NCBI GenBank assembly: GCA_963769025.1
Contig: CAVYKI010000010.1
Span: 128,001 to 192,000 of the forward strand
From: an uncultured Verrucomicrobiae bacterium
Lineage (GTDB): Bacteria > Verrucomicrobiota > Verrucomicrobiia > Chthoniobacterales > Chthoniobacteraceae
DNA: 64,000 nucleotides
Reading direction: 5' to 3'
Below are positions 43,479 through 52,579 of the stretch, piece by piece. The position numbers were made by a program, and so were the translations under genes. The notes beneath the pieces are model-generated. The model searched no databases. It saw only the letters and a list, made by a program, of their open reading frames with translations, and was not told the origin of the DNA. The first letter of the stretch is position 1; each line of letters begins with the position of its first letter.

Positions 43479-46340
43479 TCAGTCAATGTATCTGAAGTCC
43501 ACGCTGGCGAACAGCGTCTGGTGCAGTTGCGCCCAGGTTTCAAGGGAAGGCTCGGCGCCGAGGAAGCGCACACACTTCGCACGCTCTCCCGAGGTCGGCC
43601 CGCGGCCCAGCGTGCGGCGGAAAATCGCGTCGAGGCGCTCCGCTTCCGGCAGCTCGAGCGTGCGCGCGGCAGCGGCGCGCGAATTCTCGATGACGAACGG
43701 ATGATTCAGAAGGAAAAGCGCCTGCGGGGCGACGGTGCTCGTGCCGCGCTGGCTGATGGAGGCATTGATGTCGCCAAAGTCGAACACCTCAAAAAGCTCC
43801 AGCCGCTTGTTGCGAAACGCCGGCGTGTAAACGCTCCGCCGCGTGTCCTTGTACACGTAGCCGTATTCGATGTTCTGCGCGCTGAAGTTGTTCGCGTCGA
43901 TGTCGCCGGCGCCGGCGATGTTCGACCCGAGGTAATCGGTCTTCAGTTCGCCGCTCACGGCGAGGATCGTGTCACGGATCTGCTCCGCATCGAGCCTCCG
44001 GCGGTTTGCGTGACCGAAGAGCCGGTTCTCCGGGTCCGAGCCGCCGGGTTTCGCCACGGCGAGCTGCCACGTCCGCGAAAGCAGGATCTCGCGCACGAGG
44101 CGCTTCAGGCTCCAGCCTTCCTCGGTGAATCGAATCGCGAGGTGGTCGAGCAGTTCCGGATGCGACGGCTTTTCGCCCGTGGTGCCGAGATTCTCGACCG
44201 TGCGCACGATTCCCGTGCCGAACAGCCAGGCCCACACGCGGTTCACCAGCACGCGCGAGGTCAGCGGATTTTCCGCGCTGGCGATCCAGTCCGCGAGTTC
44301 GCGCCTGCCGCTCTCGGCGGCCGGCAGCGGGGACAGTGGCTTTTGCAGCGCCACTTGCAGGAATCCGCGGGGAACCGTCTCGCCGCGCTGCTTTTCGATT
44401 CCGCGCACGCGGATCTGGGCGTCTGCGATTTGGTCATCCTCGCGAACCGCCATCACCATCGGGCGCGGAGGGCCTTCCTTTGCGAGCTTCTTCATGTCGC
44501 CCTCCAGCTTCTTCACGAGCTTCGCCGCTGCCTCGCGGGCGGGATTCGCCTTGCCCGCGTTTGCCACCGGGGCCGCTGCCTCGTCCTCGGCGAGCAATTG
44601 CAGGGCATCCACGGTCACGTGACCCTTCGTTCCCTCGGTGGAGACGAGCACGTAGCCCGCACCGTCCTTTTCAAAACGAAACTTCCCGAGCGAAACGAAG
44701 CGACCGTCGATCGGCGGCGGCTCCTTCTGGTCCACGTACACGTTGTCCTCGCCATCGGCGTGGAAGACGGTCACGCGCACGTTGTTCGCACGGTTTGAAG
44801 AGTGCGTGTAGGCGAGGCGCACCTCGTAACGACCCATCTTCGGCAGCATCGGAGTGAAGGTGACCGTCTTTTCGCCCTTCCCGGTGTTGTCGTCGGTGAG
44901 GTAGCCGTCGCCGATGAAACTGCGCACGCTCTTCGACTGCCTCCATGCTCCGACGATCTTCGCATCCGCGTCGTCGAGCACGATGCCCGGCAGGTCGCCC
45001 GGCGAGATGGCCACTCCGGGCTTCAGCGTTTCCTCGGCGACGCCCTTCGAAAGTTTCGCAAGCTCGGCCTTTGCGGACTCCACCTGCTTTTCCAGCGCCG
45101 CGGTCTTCGCCTCGTGGGCGCGGAGGACCAGTTCATCGGCCCCCTCGCCGGGGAGCGGCACCGTCTGCCAGCGCGCGACGTTGTCGGTGTAATTGAAGAG
45201 CGTCCGCGTGCTGGCGAGGATGCCGGCGAGCGCGTAGTAATCGCGCTGCGGGATCGGGTCGAATTTGTGATCGTGGCAGCGCGCGCACCCGATCGTCTGC
45301 CCGAGAAAGGCCCGGCCGATCGTGTCCAGTTGCTCGTCGATGATGTCAAAGCGGAGCTGCTGCTTCTGCTGCTCCTCGTAATTCGTCGGGCCGAGCGCGA
45401 GGAATGCCGTCGCCGCAAGATTCCGCCGCCGCTCAGCGGGCGATGCGGCCGGCAGGATGTCACCCGCGATCTGTTCGCGGATGAAGCGGTCGAGCGGAAC
45501 GTCGGCATTCACCGACTCGATCACGTAATCGCGGTAGCGCCATGCGTCCTTGAAAAGGAGGGTGCGCCCGCCGCCGCTCGACTCGGCAAAGCGCGCCACA
45601 TCCAGCCAGTGCCGCCCCCACGTCTCGCCGAATTGCCTGCTGGCGAGCAGCCCATCCACGAGCGACTCCACCGCGGACTGCGGGCTCTTTTTCCAAGACG
45701 GCCCGAATGTCTCCATCTGCTCCAGCGTCGGCGGCAGTCCGATCAAATTGTAAGTGATGCGACGCAACAGCGCGTCGGGCGCGGCGTCAGGGGCGGGGCG
45801 CATGCCTTTTTCCTCCAGTTTCGCGAGAATGAATCGGTCGATGTCGCCCCTGGGCCACGCGGCGTCCTTCACCCTTGGCGGCGGCGATTTTTTCGGCGGG
45901 ATGTAGGACCAGAATTTTTTCCCGTCCTCGATGCTCATGCCGGTCTGTTTCGTCGCCACCTCGCCGCCGGTGCGCGGATCGGGCGCGCCCATCTTCACCC
46001 ATTGCTCGAAAATCGCGATTTCCTCCGCGGGCAGCTTGCGCTTCTCGGGCATCTGCAGGTCGGTGTTCGTGTAGCGGATCGCCTCGATGAGCAGGCTCTT
46101 GTCCGGCTCGCCAGGCACGATCGCACGGCCCGCGTCGCCTCCGTTCATCCACCCCTCGCGGGTATCGAGTCGCAGGCCGCCTTTCACCTTCTTTTCGGGA
46201 CTGTGACATTCGAGGCAGCGCTCCGCGAGCAGCGGTCGGACTTTCTTCTCGAAAAAGTCCACGCCGGCATCCGCGGCGAGCACCGGAGCCGAGCCGACGA
46301 ACGCCGTGGCGAGCATGCAGATATGGGAGCGGGAAAACAT
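43479..46340 (-). CDS. DUF1549/DUF1553 cytochrome c protein with golvesin/xanthan-lyase-like beta-sandwich insert
   Basis: [32 protein letters not shown]...GRYEVRLAY..SNRA; RRLDAEQIRD. Confidence 0.9.
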   Translation of the reverse strand: MFSRSHICMLATAFVGSAPVLAADAGVDFFEKKVRPLLAERCLECHSPEKKVKGGLRLDTREGWMNGGDAGRAIVPGEPDKSLLIEAIRYTNTDLQMPEKRKLPAEEIAIFEQWVKMGAPDPRTGGEVATKQTGMSIEDGKKFWSYIPPKKSPPPRVKDAAWPRGDIDRFILAKLEEKGMRPAPDAAPDALLRRITYNLIGLPPTLEQMETFGPSWKKSPQSAVESLVDGLLASRQFGETWGRHWLDVARFAESSGGGRTLLFKDAWRYRDYVIESVNADVPLDRFIREQIAGDILPAASPAERRRNLAATAFLALGPTNYEEQQKQQLRFDIIDEQLDTIGRAFLGQTIGCARCHDHKFDPIPQRDYYALAGILASTRTLFNYTDNVARWQTVPLPGEGADELVLRAHEAKTAALEKQVESAKAELAKLSKGVAEETLKPGVAISPGDLPGIVLDDADAKIVGAWRQSKSVRSFIGDGYLTDDNTGKGEKTVTFTPMLPKMGRYEVRLAYTHSSNRANNVRVTVFHADGEDNVYVDQKEPPPIDGRFVSLGKFRFEKDGAGYVLVSTEGTKGHVTVDALQLLAEDEAAAPVANAGKANPAREAAAKLVKKLEGDMKKLAKEGPPRPMVMAVREDDQIADAQIRVRGIEKQRGETVPRGFLQVALQKPLSPLPAAESGRRELADWIASAENPLTSRVLVNRVWAWLFGTGIVRTVENLGTTGEKPSHPELLDHLAIRFTEEGWSLKRLVREILLSRTWQLAVAKPGGSDPENRLFGHANRRRLDAEQIRDTILAVSGELKTDYLGSNIAGAGDIDANNFSAQNIEYGYVYKDTRRSVYTPAFRNKRLELFEVFDFGDINASISQRGTSTVAPQALFLLNHPFVIENSRAAAARTLELPEAERLDAIFRRTLGRGPTSGERAKCVRFLGAEPSLETWAQLHQTLFASVDFRYID

Positions 46341-46398
46341 CAGGGGTTTGACCGGTGCAGGGAAGCAACCTTAGACGCACCTTCGCGCTGGCGCGCCA

Positions 46399-47139
46399 TC
46401 AAAAATTGAGGCACCCGATCAGCCTCAGTCCTTCGAGCGTCAGGTTTTCATGCACAGTCGCGATTTCCGGCACGCCGCAGGCGATCAGGCTCGCGTATCC
46501 GCCGGTGGCGACGGCCTTCAGTTTCCGGACTCCGAGCGCCGGGCGGATCTCGGCGAGGATCTGCCGCACGAGGCCTCGGTAGCCGTAGATGGCGCCTGCA
46601 AGCATCGCGTGCCGCGTGGATTTTCCAACCGGCCCCGGCGGTTCGAGCAGCGAGATTTTCGGGAGCTGCGCGGTGCGCTGGTGCAGGTAGTCCGTCATCG
46701 CCTCCAGACCCGGGGCGATGACTCCCCCGATGTATTTCCGCCCACGCGAGAGGATGTCGAAGGTGACCGCGGTGCCGAAGTCCACCACGACGCACGGCAC
46801 GCCGTAAAATGAGGCGGCGGCCGCTGCATTCGCAAGCCGGTCCGCGCCGATGGTCTTCGGTTTCGGGTACTCAATGCCGACGCCGAGGTTGCTGCGATGA
46901 TCCACGTTGTGCAGCGGCTTCCCGCTGAGCTCATCGCGGAGCAATGCCCCCATTTTCGGGACGACCGAGCAGATGACGCCCCTCTCGAATTTCCACCCGC
47001 GCAACACGCGCCGGATCGCGGCGGGGTCCAGTTCCGCAGTCCGCACGCGCCTCACGGCGCCGAGGCGATCCCGCGAGGACAGTGCGAATTTCGTGAACGA
47101 GTTGCTGTTGTCGATGAGGAGAAACTCCGCGGACGGCAT
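46399..47139 (-). CDS. coaX: Type III pantothenate kinase
   Basis: CSVVP, IGADRLAN, VVDFGTAVTFD, GGVIAPG, ATGG, LTLEGL. Confidence 0.92.
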   Translation of the reverse strand: MPSAEFLLIDNSNSFTKFALSSRDRLGAVRRVRTAELDPAAIRRVLRGWKFERGVICSVVPKMGALLRDELSGKPLHNVDHRSNLGVGIEYPKPKTIGADRLANAAAAASFYGVPCVVVDFGTAVTFDILSRGRKYIGGVIAPGLEAMTDYLHQRTAQLPKISLLEPPGPVGKSTRHAMLAGAIYGYRGLVRQILAEIRPALGVRKLKAVATGGYASLIACGVPEIATVHENLTLEGLRLIGCLNF

Positions 47140-47216
47140 CTTCACAGTGGAGAGTGCGCGCCGCGCTTTGTCACGCGTGGCGACGCGGCGGCGGTTCCGC
47201 GCATCCCGCAAGCAAA

Positions 47217-47258
47217 GAAAAACCCCGTGGCTTCAATGCGAAGCCAGCGGGGTTTTTC
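47217..47258. terminator. Rho-independent (bidirectional-type) terminator downstream of tsf
   Basis: gaaaaaccccg-tggcttc-aatgc-gaagcca-g-cggggtttttc. Confidence 0.8.
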
Positions 47259-47283
47259 GTTGCGCTCAGGAAGACCTGAAAGC

Positions 47284-48135
47284 CTAGCCGGCGATTTCCT
47301 CGCCAACCTGGAAGCGGAGGAAACGGCGCACCTCGATGGTGTCGCCGAGGGCCTTCGCCTTGTCCGCCACGAGCTGCGTGATGGTCTGCTCGGGGTTCTT
47401 CACGAACGCCTGCTCGAGCAGGCACACGCCCGCGAAAAACTTGCTCATCTTGCCTTCGATGATCTTCTCGATGACGGGCGCGGGCTTGTCCTTCGGCGTC
47501 TGCTCGACGTAGATGGCTCGCTCGCGGGCGGCGAGGGCTTCGGAGACTTCCTCGCGGCGGATGCTCACGGGGCTGGCAGCGGCAATGTGAAGCGTGATGT
47601 CGCGCACGAGCTGCTTGAAGTCATCGTGGTTCACGGTCTCCTGCTTGCCGGCGCCCACTTCGAGGAGGACACCGATTTTTCCACCGAGGTGAATGTAAGC
47701 GGCGACGATCCCGTTGCCGGTCACCTCAATGCGCCCATGGCGGCGGATCTGGATGTTCTCGCCGATCTTGGTAACGGCGTCGATGCGCGCGGGCTCCAAG
47801 TCAGTGGCGGGATTTTCGGCGAGCGTCTTCGCCCATCCGGCTGTGAGCGCGAGGAAGTCGTCGTTCTTCGCGACGAAGTCGGTCTCGCAATTCACCTCGA
47901 CGAGGATGCCTGTGCGGGCGCCGGGGAGGATGGCCTGCGCGATGACGCCTTCGTTGGCGGCGCGTCCGGCTTTCTTCGCGGCGCTGGCGGTGCCTTTTTT
48001 GCGGAGGATGTCAATGGCTGCCTCGATGTCGCCGTTCGCTTCGACGAGCGCCTTGCGGCAATCGAGCATTCCGGCTCCGGATTTTTCGCGGAGGGCGGCG
48101 ACTTGCTTGGCATCGATTTTCACTTCTGTGGTCAT
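47284..48135 (-). CDS. tsf: Elongation factor Ts
   Basis: LREKSGAGMLDCRKAL, EVNCETDFVAKN, KIGENI, LLEQAFVK. Confidence 0.97.
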   Translation of the reverse strand: MTTEVKIDAKQVAALREKSGAGMLDCRKALVEANGDIEAAIDILRKKGTASAAKKAGRAANEGVIAQAILPGARTGILVEVNCETDFVAKNDDFLALTAGWAKTLAENPATDLEPARIDAVTKIGENIQIRRHGRIEVTGNGIVAAYIHLGGKIGVLLEVGAGKQETVNHDDFKQLVRDITLHIAAASPVSIRREEVSEALAARERAIYVEQTPKDKPAPVIEKIIEGKMSKFFAGVCLLEQAFVKNPEQTITQLVADKAKALGDTIEVRRFLRFQVGEEIAG

Positions 48136-48155
48136 GGGTCAGGGTATTTTTGGGT

Positions 48156-48195
48156 TGAAAAAGCGAGAGACGAGAGCGTTCACCCTCGTCTCTCG
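48156..48195 (-). terminator. Internal terminator/attenuator between rpsB and tsf
   Basis: cgagagacgag...ctcgtctctcg stem followed on the minus strand by ctttttc. Confidence 0.65.
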
Positions 48196-48223
48196 GAAAT
48201 TGGAAACGGACGGCAGGCGCGAT

Positions 48224-48949
48224 TTACTCCGAAACGCCGGCGAGTTCAGCCTGGCCCTTCTTTGCTCCGGAAGCGTTCCCGCTCACATAGGCGTCCACCA
48301 GCTTCTGCAGGATCACGCGGATGGCGCGGATGGCGTCGTCATTCCCGGCGATCGGGTAGCTGATCAAATCGGGATCGGCGTTCGTGTCCACGATGGCGAC
48401 GACCGGGATTCCGAGACGTTTCGCTTCGGCGACAGCGTTGCCCTCGCGCATGGTGTCGATGATGATCATCGCGTCGGGCTGCTTCTCCATCGTGCGGATG
48501 CCCTCGAGGTTCCGCAGGAGCTTCGCGCCCTCGCGCTTGACGGCGGAAATCTCCGCCTTGCCCATCTTGGAATACTCCGGCGACTTCTCGAGGTTCTCGA
48601 TGTAGTTCAGCCGGGCGATGCTCTGGCGGATGGTCTTGAGATTGGTGAGCGTGCCGCCGAGCCAGCGCTGGTTCACGTAGAACTGGCCGGCCGCCTGGGC
48701 CGCCTCGCGGATGGCTTCCTGCGCCTGCTTCTTGCAGCCGACGAAAAGCACCTTGCCGTTCCGGGCCGCGACGCTCGCGAGGAACTCGCACGCACCGCGC
48801 AGCTGCCGCACGGTCTCCCCGAGGTTGATGATGTAAATCTGGTTTTTCTTCTCGAAAATGTAGGGCTTCATCTTGGGGTTCCAGCGTTTCGTCTGGTGGC
48901 CAAAATGAACGCCTGCTTCGAGGAGTTCTGTCATCAATTCGGTGGACAT
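48224..48949 (-). CDS. rpsB: 30S ribosomal protein S2
   Basis: LLEAGVHFGHQTKRWNPKM, RWLGGTLTN, IVDTNADP, GNDDAIRAI. Confidence 0.98.
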   Translation of the reverse strand: MSTELMTELLEAGVHFGHQTKRWNPKMKPYIFEKKNQIYIINLGETVRQLRGACEFLASVAARNGKVLFVGCKKQAQEAIREAAQAAGQFYVNQRWLGGTLTNLKTIRQSIARLNYIENLEKSPEYSKMGKAEISAVKREGAKLLRNLEGIRTMEKQPDAMIIIDTMREGNAVAEAKRLGIPVVAIVDTNADPDLISYPIAGNDDAIRAIRVILQKLVDAYVSGNASGAKKGQAELAGVSE

Positions 48950-49041
48950 AGGGTCGGTAGTGTTTTGCGGAAAAAGGGCGCGCAACTTGGCGAAGCCTCC
49001 TGCCTTTGGCAAGCGCGAGTTTGAAAAATATGATCCCGGAG

Positions 49042-49581
49042 CTACTTCGCGCCCTCCGTGCCCGCCGATCCGGAGGGTGGAGTGCCGAATTCCTGTTTCA
49101 GCCGCGCCCTCATTTCGCCGAGGAGCCGGCGGCGTTTTTCCTCCGATTCCCTGCGCAGGGTCTCCTCGATGGCGTGCCGCTCGTCGAAATAACGGCGGAC
49201 AAATGCCTTCCGGCGCTCCTCGTCGAGCTGAAGTCCGTTTTCCCCGATGGCGCGGTCGATCTCCTCGCGGGCGAACCGCCGGCGTTCCTCATCCATGCCC
49301 AGCAGCGTATCGCGCTTTTCGGGGGGCAGATTCAGCACCGCCCAGACGGCTCGCCAGAGATCCGCGCGTTTTTCAGGGGAAAGCTTCTGGACCTCGCGCA
49401 TCGCCCGATCCCGCATTGCATCGCCCTCGGGACCACCGTGAAAAAAGGGCCGCCGCGGTCCATCGGGCCTTGGACCCTGCCCGGGTGGAGGCGGCGGTGG
49501 CGGCTGTGCCGCTGCCACTGCCGTGAGCCAGCCTGCGCCGATGGCGGTCAGTAAAGTGAAGAGGCGTCGCCGGCCAGCCAT
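49042..49581 (-). CDS. Secreted helical Arg/Glu-rich hypothetical protein (DUF3106/Spy-like)
   Basis: Signal peptide, poly-Pro, repeated LSPEKR/LPPEKR. Confidence 0.65.
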   Translation of the reverse strand: MAGRRRLFTLLTAIGAGWLTAVAAAQPPPPPPPGQGPRPDGPRRPFFHGGPEGDAMRDRAMREVQKLSPEKRADLWRAVWAVLNLPPEKRDTLLGMDEERRRFAREEIDRAIGENGLQLDEERRKAFVRRYFDERHAIEETLRRESEEKRRRLLGEMRARLKQEFGTPPSGSAGTEGAK

Positions 49582-49919
49582 ATTGAATTGTTTTCCAACG
49601 CTAGAAGCGTGTCGAGGGAGGGGACGATCTCGGGCGTCGCCGCAGCTGCGAGCGCGATTTCCGCCAGCGGGTCAGCCGCTTGGACGGTTGTCGCGTCAGG
49701 ACGCATCGCAACAAACGCGAGCAACGCAGCGCAGGTGCCGGCCGTGACAGGCAGATACCACTTGCTGCGCAGCCACGCGACGAACCCCGGCTGCGGCAGC
49801 GCGGCATCCTGAGCCTCGCGGACCGCGCGCACCACTTTGCTTGCAAAGAATGCAGACGGCTTCGGCTGCCGGGCTTTTCCCAGCAGCTTCCAAAGTGCGT
49901 CATGTTCGTCCTGATTCAT
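49548..49919 (-). CDS. Single-TM hypothetical protein with anti-sigma-factor-like topology
   Basis: MNQDEHDALWKLLGKAR..PSAFFASKVVRAVR, then a TM segment. Confidence 0.65.
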   Translation of the reverse strand: MNQDEHDALWKLLGKARQPKPSAFFASKVVRAVREAQDAALPQPGFVAWLRSKWYLPVTAGTCAALLAFVAMRPDATTVQAADPLAEIALAAAATPEIVPSLDTLLALENNSIWLAGDASSLY

Positions 49920-50101
49920 TGTTTGATGAAAACCGTGATTGGCCGGGAAAGTTGCAAAGTAATCTCCGTGCCGCCAGCACAGAATCCAGTGGCGCGCAGA
50001 AATGGGCCGCGGTCCTTCCTGCACCCGGCCTTTGCCGGATTGCGGTGTTGCGTGAGCCGCCGCTTTTCGGCTTCAACAGGACCACAGCGCGAAATTTTCC
50101 C

Positions 50102-50986
50102 ATGAGCCATCCCACCAAAGCCATCATCCTCGCCGGCGGCGCCGGCACCCGCCTGCATCCGCTCACGCGCATCGCCTGCAAGCAGCTTCTGCCGGTGTAC
50201 GACAAGCCGATGATCTACTACCCGCTGGCAACGCTGATGCTCGGCGGGCTGCGCGAGGTGCTTTTCATCTCCACGCCGAAGGATCTGCCGATGTTCCGCG
50301 ACCTCATGGGCGACGGCAAACGCCTGGGGATGCGCTTCGAGTATGTCGAGCAGCCGAAGCCGGCCGGCCTTGCGCAGGCGTACGTCCTCGGGGCGGATTT
50401 CGTCGGCAGCCATCCGTCGTGCCTCATCCTCGGCGACAACATTTTCTACGGGAAGTTGGACTTCTTCCGCGATGCGCTCGCGCAAGTGGGCGAAAAAGGC
50501 GGTGCGTGCGTCTTCGGCTACCAGGTGAAGGATCCGGAGCGCTACGGCGTCGTCGAATTCGACAAGGATGGGCGCGCGCTGAGCATCGAGGAAAAGCCGA
50601 AGCAACCGAAGAGCCATTTTGCCGTCCCGGGACTCTACGTTTACGATGGCGACGTGGTGGAAATCGCGCGCAACCTGATGCCCGGCGCGCGCGGCGAACT
50701 CGAAATCACCGACGTCAACCGCGAATATCTCCGCCGCGGCACGCTGGGCGTGAAGGTGCTCGGCCGCGGCATGGCGTGGCTCGACACCGGGACCCAGGAA
50801 AGCCTGCTCGACGCCGGCAACTACATCGCCGCGATCGAGCATCGCCAGGGTCTGAAGATCGCGTGCCTCGAGGAAATCGCGTTCCATCAGGGCTTCATCG
50901 ATCGCGCCGGGATGGAGGCCTGCATCGCCGATTCACCGAAGAGCCCGTACCGCGATTACCTGGAGATGGTGCTGAAGGAAGCGTGA
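50102..50986 (+). CDS. rfbA: Glucose-1-phosphate thymidylyltransferase
   Basis: IILAGGAGTRLHP, KQLLPVYDKPMIYYP, LGDNIFYG, RGELEITD, WLDTGT. Confidence 0.96.
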   Translation: MSHPTKAIILAGGAGTRLHPLTRIACKQLLPVYDKPMIYYPLATLMLGGLREVLFISTPKDLPMFRDLMGDGKRLGMRFEYVEQPKPAGLAQAYVLGADFVGSHPSCLILGDNIFYGKLDFFRDALAQVGEKGGACVFGYQVKDPERYGVVEFDKDGRALSIEEKPKQPKSHFAVPGLYVYDGDVVEIARNLMPGARGELEITDVNREYLRRGTLGVKVLGRGMAWLDTGTQESLLDAGNYIAAIEHRQGLKIACLEEIAFHQGFIDRAGMEACIADSPKSPYRDYLEMVLKEA

Positions 50987-51055
50987 CAGCCCGCCCGCGA
51001 GCCCGCGGGATGAAGCGAACTCTGTCGACTCGTTTGAAAACACGGGGCAGCGGCG

Positions 51056-51751
51056 CTAGCTCTCGCGCCGGTCCTTGAGCTGGAGGATGCGCTCCTTTTT
51101 CCCAGCGTAGTCGAGCGAGTGAAAGATGCGGATCTCGTCCACGCGTCGCGCTGCATTGAGCGCATCGAGAAGGTGCGTGTATTGCGCGGCGAGTTCGGTC
51201 GTCTCAAGATAGCGCCCGCGGAGGTTCGGATCGGAAAAGGCGTCCGGGTTTTCGCGCTGGAAAAGGTGGAAGCGCAGCCAGCGGCGATCCGTCCGGGAGA
51301 CGCGCTGCGTCTTCCGGAAAAACGCGACGAAAAGGAGCAGCACGAGGTACGTATCCACCCGCGCCTGGAGTTCGAGATTCCGCGCAAAATCCTCGGTCGT
51401 GATATCGCGCTCGCCGCGCTTGAAGGCGAGCGCCGCGTGCAGCGCGTGGTCGATCTCCTCCACGAATGCGATGACGTGGCCGATGTTCGAGTCCGTGAGC
51501 CCGCGGCGCGGGTCGTGGTGTTCGAGCCGCTCAATGAGCCATTTCGAATAATAGATGCCGATGAAAAGATTGTCGCCGCTGTGCCGGAGGAAGGTGCGCG
51601 CGATTTCGCTCAGTTCCCGGGCCTGCGCCCCGGCGAGCCGTGTGAGCTGCCCGCAACGCTCGTGGCCGATGAGGCAGTCCTCCAGCGCCACGCCGCTGGC
51701 GGCGTAGGTGCGCTCGAGGAGGCGCGCGATGTCGGTGAAAAGCGTGTTCAC
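51056..51751 (-). CDS. Hypothetical protein with EExxHxxH...ELQ motif
   Basis: GTG start overlapping the upstream TGA; VEEIDHALH, NLELQARVDTY. Confidence 0.75.
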   Translation of the reverse strand: MNTLFTDIARLLERTYAASGVALEDCLIGHERCGQLTRLAGAQARELSEIARTFLRHSGDNLFIGIYYSKWLIERLEHHDPRRGLTDSNIGHVIAFVEEIDHALHAALAFKRGERDITTEDFARNLELQARVDTYLVLLLFVAFFRKTQRVSRTDRRWLRFHLFQRENPDAFSDPNLRGRYLETTELAAQYTHLLDALNAARRVDEIRIFHSLDYAGKKERILQLKDRRES

Positions 51752-52437
51752 GTGAAAATATGCGGCGCCGCTTCGTCGAGGTGCAGATGGCGCTCGGCGG
51801 TCTCGTTCAGCGCGAGACGGACCTCGTGGAAACGCTCGCCCAGTTCCGCGAACACCGGCGAGAGTGCATTCCTCCGCGCCACCGGATGATCCGCGGCACT
51901 CTGGAAACTCGCCGCGCCGACATTCTCCAGGAAACCGATGCCCGGCCCGCCGCGGCGACTGCGGCTCTCGATGCGATCCTGGAAGACGCCGGAGATGAAG
52001 AGCGCGTAGTTCCCGATGTGCGCGCGCAGGAGAAACGCCTGCGACGAAGACGCCTTCTGCAACGCGAGCAGCAGGTCGCCCACGTATTGCTGCGTCCCCT
52101 CCCCTGCGCCGCCCGGTGCGCGCATCCGCTCGGTGCGCGAGAAGGTCTCCAGCAGCGAAGCGAGGTAGTCGCACGTCTCGCGGTTCACGATGCCGCGGTC
52201 CTTCAGCACGTGGCGGAGGAGGACGTAAAAGTAGCACTGCGGCGAAATGCGGAGCTGCGCGTCGCCCTGGAGCACGGCCTGGAACAGAGTCTCGCTGTCG
52301 AGGATGGCGTCGCGCATTTCGGCGTCCGTGAGCAGTTCCGCGAGCGTCGCCGTGTTGTTCCGGCCCGCGCCCAGCGTGCCGGCGATAAATTCGAAGTCCG
52401 AAGCCGTGAGGCGTTCCCGACAATTTGGAGTTATCAT
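51748..52437 (-). CDS. Hypothetical helical protein
   Basis: MITPNCRERLTASDFEF; YFYVLLRH; DYLASLL; HIGNYALFISGVF; FAELGERF. Confidence 0.78.
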   Translation of the reverse strand: MITPNCRERLTASDFEFIAGTLGAGRNNTATLAELLTDAEMRDAILDSETLFQAVLQGDAQLRISPQCYFYVLLRHVLKDRGIVNRETCDYLASLLETFSRTERMRAPGGAGEGTQQYVGDLLLALQKASSSQAFLLRAHIGNYALFISGVFQDRIESRSRRGGPGIGFLENVGAASFQSAADHPVARRNALSPVFAELGERFHEVRLALNETAERHLHLDEAAPHIFT

Positions 52438-52579
52438 CGGAAGTGTGACGTTAGCATTTCGGATGCCATTCAATTTTCACATGCATTTCCCCCTGTAGAG
52501 CTGCCCACTGATTCGCGCGATCAGCCGTAGCGCGTGTGCGATTTCGCACAGGCTGCACAAATTTCCCCGCGCAGAGAAA

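Noticed and set aside
47095..47125. Inactive CoaX because of DNSNS instead of DxGNT
   Set aside because: The catalytic Asp and all other type III PanK motifs are intact; likely a lineage variant.
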